Source: an uncultured Gemmatimonadaceae bacterium
GTDB lineage: Bacteria > Gemmatimonadota > Gemmatimonadetes > Gemmatimonadales > Gemmatimonadaceae
DNA length: 64,000 bases
Direction of reading: 5' to 3'
Assembly: GCA_963817955.1 (NCBI GenBank)
Contig: CAWFQK010000004.1
Coordinates: 704,001 to 768,000 of the forward strand
In this document: positions 58,548 through 64,000 of the stretch, piece after piece
Layout: each line of letters starts with the position of its first letter
Position numbering within the stretch: position 1 is the stretch's first letter
The notes under the pieces: generated by a model
Seen by the model: the letters and a program-made list of their open reading frames with translations, nothing else
Told to the model about the DNA's origin: nothing
Database searches by the model: none
Made by a program: the position numbers and the translations under genes

Positions 58548-61189
58548 TTCGCGGCGGCGTACGACGGTTCTTCCACCTCGCCCTTCGACGGCGCGACCGT
58601 TGGGAGCGCGAGGTGGAGGACGAGATCAAACTACACCTCGCGCTTCGCGCCGAGCAGTTCGTGGCGCACGGCGCCACACCAGACGAAGCATGCCGCGAAG
58701 CCATGCGCCGCTTTGGGCCATTGGATGAATCACGCGCCCGGCTACTCGACGCCGCGCGCCACCGGGAGCAGCACATGCGACGCACCGAGTATCTGTCCGA
58801 CCTGTGGCAGGATCTGACGTTCGCCGTTCGCACGCTGCGGCGCGAGCGCGCGTGGACCGTGGTGGTGATCCTCACGTTGGCGCTCGGCATAGGCGCCACC
58901 ACGGCGGTCTTCAGCGTGGTGAGCAGCCTCATGCTGCATCCGCTGCCGTATCCGAACGCCGACCGCGTGATGCTGGTGGCGCAGCAGCCCACGACGGGCA
59001 ACATGACGGGGATCCAAGTGTCCGTCGACGCGCCGCCACCCTTGATAAAGGCATGGCGCAGCGGAGCGCGGTCGTTCGAATCGCTCGAGCCGTTCCGCCC
59101 GTTCAACACGCTCATGCAGACGAACGGCGAGCCCTCCCAGCTCAGGGCCGCGCAGACGTTGCCGAGCTTTGCCACCTTCGCGGGACAACGCGCTCTCCAT
59201 GGCCGCCTGTACGACGCGGGCGACATCGAGCGGCGAGATCACGTCGTCGTGTTATCGGAGCAGCTCTGGGTTTCGCGTTTCGGGGCCGACGCCTCAGTCA
59301 TCGGCAAGCGTATCACGCTGGACGATAGCATCTACACGGTGATCGGCATCGCGCCCGCGGCGCTGCGGCTGCCAACGATCGGGCTCCTTCCAACCGACGT
59401 CTGGCTTCCACTCGACCTCGGCAAATCACTCTATGGAATTCGGAACGTGGGGCGTCTCCGGACTGGCGTGACGCCGACGGCCGCCGCCCGCGAGCTCGAT
59501 TCTCTGTCGCTGCGATCCGGCGTCTATCCCGGCCCCAAGCTACCGCTCGTCGCGACCGTCACGCCGCCCGCCCGACTCATCAGCTTTCGCGAGTCGCTGA
59601 TGATGCTCAGCGCCGCCGTGGCTCTGGTGCTGCTGGTCGCGTGCGCCAACGTCGCGCATTTGCTGCTGGCGCGCGCCGCGGCGCGTCATCGCGAGTTGGC
59701 CATTCGCGCCGCGCTCGGCGCCGGCCGGCGGCGCCTGTTCCGCCAACTGCTCACGGAAAGCCTGATGCTCTCGCTGGCTGGCGCCGCGCTGGGCGTATTC
59801 GTTGGATGGATTGGACTGCGCGCCATGCTGCTGCTCCGCCCAGCCGAATTGCGCGAGCTCCGCGCCGCCCATCTCGACGGAACCACGGTGATCGTCGCTG
59901 TAAGCGTCGCGGTGCTCTGCGGCATTGCCTTTGGTGTGCTGGGTGCGTTCCAGTCGGCACGCCAATCGACGCACGACGCGCTGAAGTCGGGGGCCTTGTC
60001 GGCGTCACACTCTCGCCGCCATGATCGTCTTCGCGCGCTACTCGTCGTCAGTGAAATGGCCCTATCGGGCGTGCTGATGGTGGGCGCCGCACTGCTCGTG
60101 CGTAGCGTGATCAACATGCGACAGACCGATCTCGGATTCGAGCCACGCGGTCTGTACGCCATCAGTCTCTCGCTGCCCAGTTCACGATACGCGACGCCGG
60201 CCTCCCGCGAGAGCTTCGTGCAGGAGTTGACGACGCGGCTGCATGGACTGCGAGGAGTGCGGGACATTGCCATGGCGGGGGTCGCTCCCGGCTCGTTCAC
60301 TTTCATTCTTGGCACGCTCGAAATCGAGGGCGAGCCAGCGCCGCCGGCCAACAGCTCGGCGTACATCGCCGACAACAACGTGGAGCCAGCGTTCTTCCGG
60401 ACGATGGGGATTCGATTCGTGGAGGGTGGCGTGTTCACCGACACGAGCAAGACGTCCAACCAAATCGTTGTCAACAATGGGTTTGCACGGAAGCACTGGC
60501 CTCGAGGTGGGGTGGAGGGGCATCGGCTGCGAGTGGTTTACGGGGGCCAGGGCAACTGGATGACCATCGTTGGCGTGGTGGCTGACGCAATGGTCGGCGG
60601 TCCGGTTCGAGAGACGTCGGCACCAATGTTGTATTCTACCGGTGACCACCAATACCTCCGGGCGATTCTCATTCGCACCGACGGCACCGCGGACCCACTG
60701 ACGCCAATACGATCGCTGCTCCGATCGATGGATCCGCACATGATGTCCAGCGACGTATCCAGTATCGAGCAGATGATGGGGAACTCGATCGCGGAACCCC
60801 GGTTCACGATGGTGTTGTTGACCGCGTTCACGGGACTGGCGCTACTGCTCGCGGCGATCGGCCTGTACGGCGTCATGTCCTATTCCGTCGCGCAGCGCAC
60901 CCGCGAGATCGGCATTCGCATCGCGCTCGGCGCCACCCGCAGCAACATCGCGAGCGTCGTGGTGGTGCGCGGATTGATCCTGACCGCACTGGGCGCGGCG
61001 GCGGGCCTCGCCGGAGCCTATTGGGGCACGCGCATGCTCGGCGATCTCCTGTACGGCGTCACGCCACTCGACCTGCCATCGTTCGCCGTCGGCGCAGGAG
61101 TGCTCTTTGCGGCGGCAGTCCTCGCGTGCCTGGTACCAATGCGGCGAGCCGTACGAGTCGATCCAATCGCGGCGATACGGACGGAGTGA
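58544..61189 (+). CDS. Duplicated MacB/FtsX-type ABC permease (ADOP family)
   Basis: TLALGIGATTAVFS, LLVACANVA.L.LAR, RELAIRAALGA, QRTREIGIRIALGA; coupled to PadR. Confidence 0.93.
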   Translation: MIRGGVRRFFHLALRRRDRWEREVEDEIKLHLALRAEQFVAHGATPDEACREAMRRFGPLDESRARLLDAARHREQHMRRTEYLSDLWQDLTFAVRTLRRERAWTVVVILTLALGIGATTAVFSVVSSLMLHPLPYPNADRVMLVAQQPTTGNMTGIQVSVDAPPPLIKAWRSGARSFESLEPFRPFNTLMQTNGEPSQLRAAQTLPSFATFAGQRALHGRLYDAGDIERRDHVVVLSEQLWVSRFGADASVIGKRITLDDSIYTVIGIAPAALRLPTIGLLPTDVWLPLDLGKSLYGIRNVGRLRTGVTPTAAARELDSLSLRSGVYPGPKLPLVATVTPPARLISFRESLMMLSAAVALVLLVACANVAHLLLARAAARHRELAIRAALGAGRRRLFRQLLTESLMLSLAGAALGVFVGWIGLRAMLLLRPAELRELRAAHLDGTTVIVAVSVAVLCGIAFGVLGAFQSARQSTHDALKSGALSASHSRRHDRLRALLVVSEMALSGVLMVGAALLVRSVINMRQTDLGFEPRGLYAISLSLPSSRYATPASRESFVQELTTRLHGLRGVRDIAMAGVAPGSFTFILGTLEIEGEPAPPANSSAYIADNNVEPAFFRTMGIRFVEGGVFTDTSKTSNQIVVNNGFARKHWPRGGVEGHRLRVVYGGQGNWMTIVGVVADAMVGGPVRETSAPMLYSTGDHQYLRAILIRTDGTADPLTPIRSLLRSMDPHMMSSDVSSIEQMMGNSIAEPRFTMVLLTAFTGLALLLAAIGLYGVMSYSVAQRTREIGIRIALGATRSNIASVVVVRGLILTALGAAAGLAGAYWGTRMLGDLLYGVTPLDLPSFAVGAGVLFAAAVLACLVPMRRAVRVDPIAAIRTE

Positions 61190-61194
61190 GATGA

Positions 61195-61505
61195 GACACG
61201 GGACACGGGACAACGGCTGACTGCGTGCTAACTGCGCTAACTGCGGGCTTGGGCTCCGGGTGGTGACCGGCTGGATGTCGCTGGCTGCTCCGTAGCGGTC
61301 GGCCCACCGGTCGGCGAGTTTCGAGTTGCCAGTTGTGAGTGATGCGTTGCGCGTTTTAAAAAACGCACAACTCACAACTCACAACTGGACACCCGAACCT
61401 CGCCGACCGGCGATAGTGGCCTGCGAACCAGGCGCCCTGGTGCGCATGACCCGTATACTGACAACTCACAACTGCCAACTGATCACTGATCACTGATCAG
61501 TGATC
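61195..61505. repeat. Left arm of a ~310-bp inverted repeat
   Basis: Reverse complement matches 63515-63851; contains 7-mer microsatellites (ACAACTC, GGGACAC, CTGATCA). Confidence 0.92.
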
Positions 61506-61724
61506 CCCCGCGACGCCTGTCGTCCCGCGCGAACCCTGTCATCCCCGGGTCACAACAACCACGGGACACGGGACTGCCGTACCTCTCTACTAGTACTAAC
61601 GCTGAAACGTTCAAAACATGTCGGTTATTGGTCAATCAGTCATATTGACCCTTGCGCTGCCCCCCCAATTTCGGAACTAATATATAGGACTACGACCATC
61701 GCCCGACGCTCGGGTGGCGAGGCG

Positions 61725-63180
61725 GGATCGATCGTGGCGAGATCGAAGTCGATCGTGGCGAGATGGGATCGATCGTGGCGAGATGGGATCGATCGTGGCG
61801 AGATGGAATGCGATCGCGCCGAGATCGACTTCGATCGCGCCGAGATGGAATGCGATCGTGCCGAGATGGGATCGATCGTGCCGAGATGGAATGCGATTCC
61901 GCCGAGACGGAATGCGATCGCACCGAGATGGAATGCGATCGCGCCGAGACGGAATGCGATCGCGTCGAGATGGAATGCGATCGCGCCGAGACGGAATGCG
62001 ATCGTGGCGAGATGGAATGCGATCTCGCCGAGATGGAATGCGATCGTGGCGAGACGGAATGCGATCGCGCCGAAATCGGAATGCGATCGTGGCGAGATGG
62101 GATCGATCACACCGAGATCGAATTCGATCGTGGCGAGATGGGATCGATCACGCCGAGATCGAATTCGATCGCGTCGAGATGGGATCGATCGTGCCGAGAT
62201 CGAATTCGATCGTGCCGAGATGGGATCGATCGTGCCGAGATCGAATTCGATCGCGTCGAGATGGAATGCGATCGCGCCGAGATCGAACGCGAGCCTGTCG
62301 ACCGAGCATCGCAACCCGGCGACATGGCATTGCAACGCGGCAAGTTGGCACCCCAACGCGCCAAGCAAGGATCGTCGCGTGTCCAGATCGGATCGCAACG
62401 GATCGAGCGAGGATCCCAGCGCGGCGAGCCAGGATCCTCGCCTTGCTAGCAGGCATCGCAACGGGCCGAGGAGGGAGGCGATCGCGGCGAGATCGCATCG
62501 CATCGCCGCGAGGCGACTCTCTTGCGTGCCGAGACAGCAGCGCCCGATGCCGAGCTGCTTTCCGAGCGCATCGAGCTGAGATCGCAACTCGGCGAGAGAG
62601 CACTCAAACTCGCCGAGACGCAATCGGAGCGCGTCGAGACGGCACCCGAACTCGTCGAGACGCCATCGGAGCGCGTCGAGACGGCACCCCAACCCTTCGA
62701 GATCCCATCCTAACCCATCGAGACGGCACCTCAACCCTTGAGATCCCATCCTAACCCATCGAGACGGCACCTCACCCTCGAGATCCATCCAACCCTCGAC
62801 AGCACCTCCGGGCACCCTAACTCATTGAGCGGGTACCCCAACCCGTCGAGACGAGACCTCAACTCGGAGAGCTGCCACTCCAACGCATTGAGCCGTCAGC
62901 CGAACGCGTCGAGCGGCCACTGTAGCGCGTCGACACGGCACTGCAACTCGGCGAGACGCTACTCCAACTCGCTGAGACGACACCCCAACGCTCCGAGACG
63001 ATATCCCAACGCAGGGAGGCGACATCGCAACTCCCCGAGCCGACTCGCAACTCCCCGAGGCGACATCGCAACTCCCTGAGACGACATCGCAACTCCCCGA
63101 GGCGACATCGCAACTCCCTGAGACGACATCGCAACTCCCTGAGACGACATCGCAACTCCCTAAGACGACATCGCAACCGC
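61725..63180. repeat. Degenerate ~21-bp tandem repeat array (several sub-families)
   Basis: Units such as GAGATGGAATGCGATCGCGCC and GACATCGCAACTCCCTGAGAC; heptad periodicity in several frames. Confidence 0.9.
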
Positions 63181-63278
63181 CCGAGGCGGTTGCTCCCAGT
63201 TTTCGACCCCGGCGCATCGGGCGCCCGTCGGTATGCAGGTCCATTTCGGCGCCCCGTTGGCCGCGGACACGAGGCGCC

Positions 63279-63505
63279 TGTCATCCTGAGCGACGCCGTA
63301 TCAATCTGAGCGAACCGTAGGATCTCGTGACCAGCCGGCTTCGACCCCCGAATGGAGAATCGCCTCTCGCGTTCGACCTATACGTGCTTCTCTCCGCAGT
63401 TCTCTGCAGTTCTCTGCGACCTCTACCGTTGAAATGCTGTTCTGTCGGTCACAGAGATCCTTCGCTTCGCTCAGGATGACAGGGCTTCGCGCAGGATGAC
63501 AGGGC
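63279..63505. repeat. Composite REP-like element
   Basis: TGTCATCCTGAGCG...GATCCTTCGCTTCGCTCAGGATGACA, sharing internal motifs with 48968-49402. Confidence 0.82.
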
Positions 63506-63514
63506 TTCGCGGAT

Positions 63515-63851
63515 GATCAGTGATCAGTTGTGAGTTGTCAGTTGTGAGTTGTCAGTATACGGGTCATGCGCACCAGGGTGCCTGGCTCGCCGGCCACTAT
63601 CGCCGGTCGGCGAGGTTCGGGTGTCCAGTTGTGAGTCGTGAGTTGTGAGTTGCTAAAAACGCATAACGCATAACTCACAACTGGCAACTCGAAACTCGCC
63701 GACCGGTGGGCCGACCGCTACGGAGCAGCCAGCGACATCCAGCCGGTCACCACCCGGAGCCCAAGCCCGCAGTTAGCACGCAGTTAGCACGCAGTTAGCA
63801 CGCAGTTAGCCCGCAGTCAGCCGTTGTCCCGTGTCCCGTGTCCCGTGTCCC
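63515..63851. repeat. Right arm of the ~310-bp inverted repeat
   Basis: Reverse complement of 61195-61505, with different microsatellite copy numbers. Confidence 0.92.
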
Positions 63852-64000
63852 TTACCCGTGCGCAGCCAGTACCAGCGCTCGCGTCGCATTCTCTTCCGCG
63901 ACCCTCTCCACGAACGTATCGAGCGGAATCGAGTTCGGCTTCTGCTCCTTCCCCGCCCCGCGCACGTTCACCGCGACGGTGCCGAGTTCGGCCTCGCGCC
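63852..64000 (-). CDS. thrS: Probable 3' end of threonine--tRNA ligase (partial)
   Basis: REAELGTVAVNVRGAGKEQKP..IPLD.FVERV.EE...RAL* resembles a class IIa anticodon-binding C-terminus; only about 48 aa are visible. Confidence 0.6.
   Translation of the reverse strand, partial: REAELGTVAVNVRGAGKEQKPNSIPLDTFVERVAEENATRALVLAAHG

Noticed and set aside
61725..63180. CRISPR array
   Set aside because: Contiguous degenerate 20/21-bp units with no unique spacers and no cas genes.
61500..63284. Long ORFs in several frames (359, 391, 346 and 228 aa)
   Set aside because: By-products of stop-poor tandem repeats; no convincing start, SD or domain.

Overview
High-GC bacterial DNA; the housekeeping gene content and REP-type repeats resemble Gemmatimonadota (an inference). 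It contains many probable indel errors. Right part (~42.0-64 kb) is core chromosome: two CAT-anticodon tRNAs, ftsB-like, eno, plsC-like, thiL, nnr, a TIR-like gene, glyA, rpiB, leucine dehydrogenase, acyl-CoA dehydrogenase, hbd, CPBP protease, bioY, thiolase, PadR plus ABC permease, a 2.6-kb repeat element flanked by inverted repeats, and the probable 3' end of thrS. Left part (1-42 kb) is a mosaic defence/accessory island abutting the tRNA 3' end. It holds rmuC-addB-addA, hipBA, two diverged pafBC-like WYL modules, a cluster of about seven toxin-antitoxin modules or remnants with integron attC-like sites, IS3/IS21/IS256/IS110 pieces, a SNF2-DUF1156-DUF499 restriction-like operon containing a truncated PtuA-like ATPase, and an FRG gene. 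Best candidate for a new system (27.4-29.2 kb): a ~235-nt structured RNA closed by a 12-bp inverted repeat, then a 108-aa orphan ORF coupled to a retron-type reverse transcriptase with a non-canonical YADN motif. Second: a fusion scar (MPHQLPTA) indicates that the WYL pair and rmuC-addBA derive from one ancestral operon.
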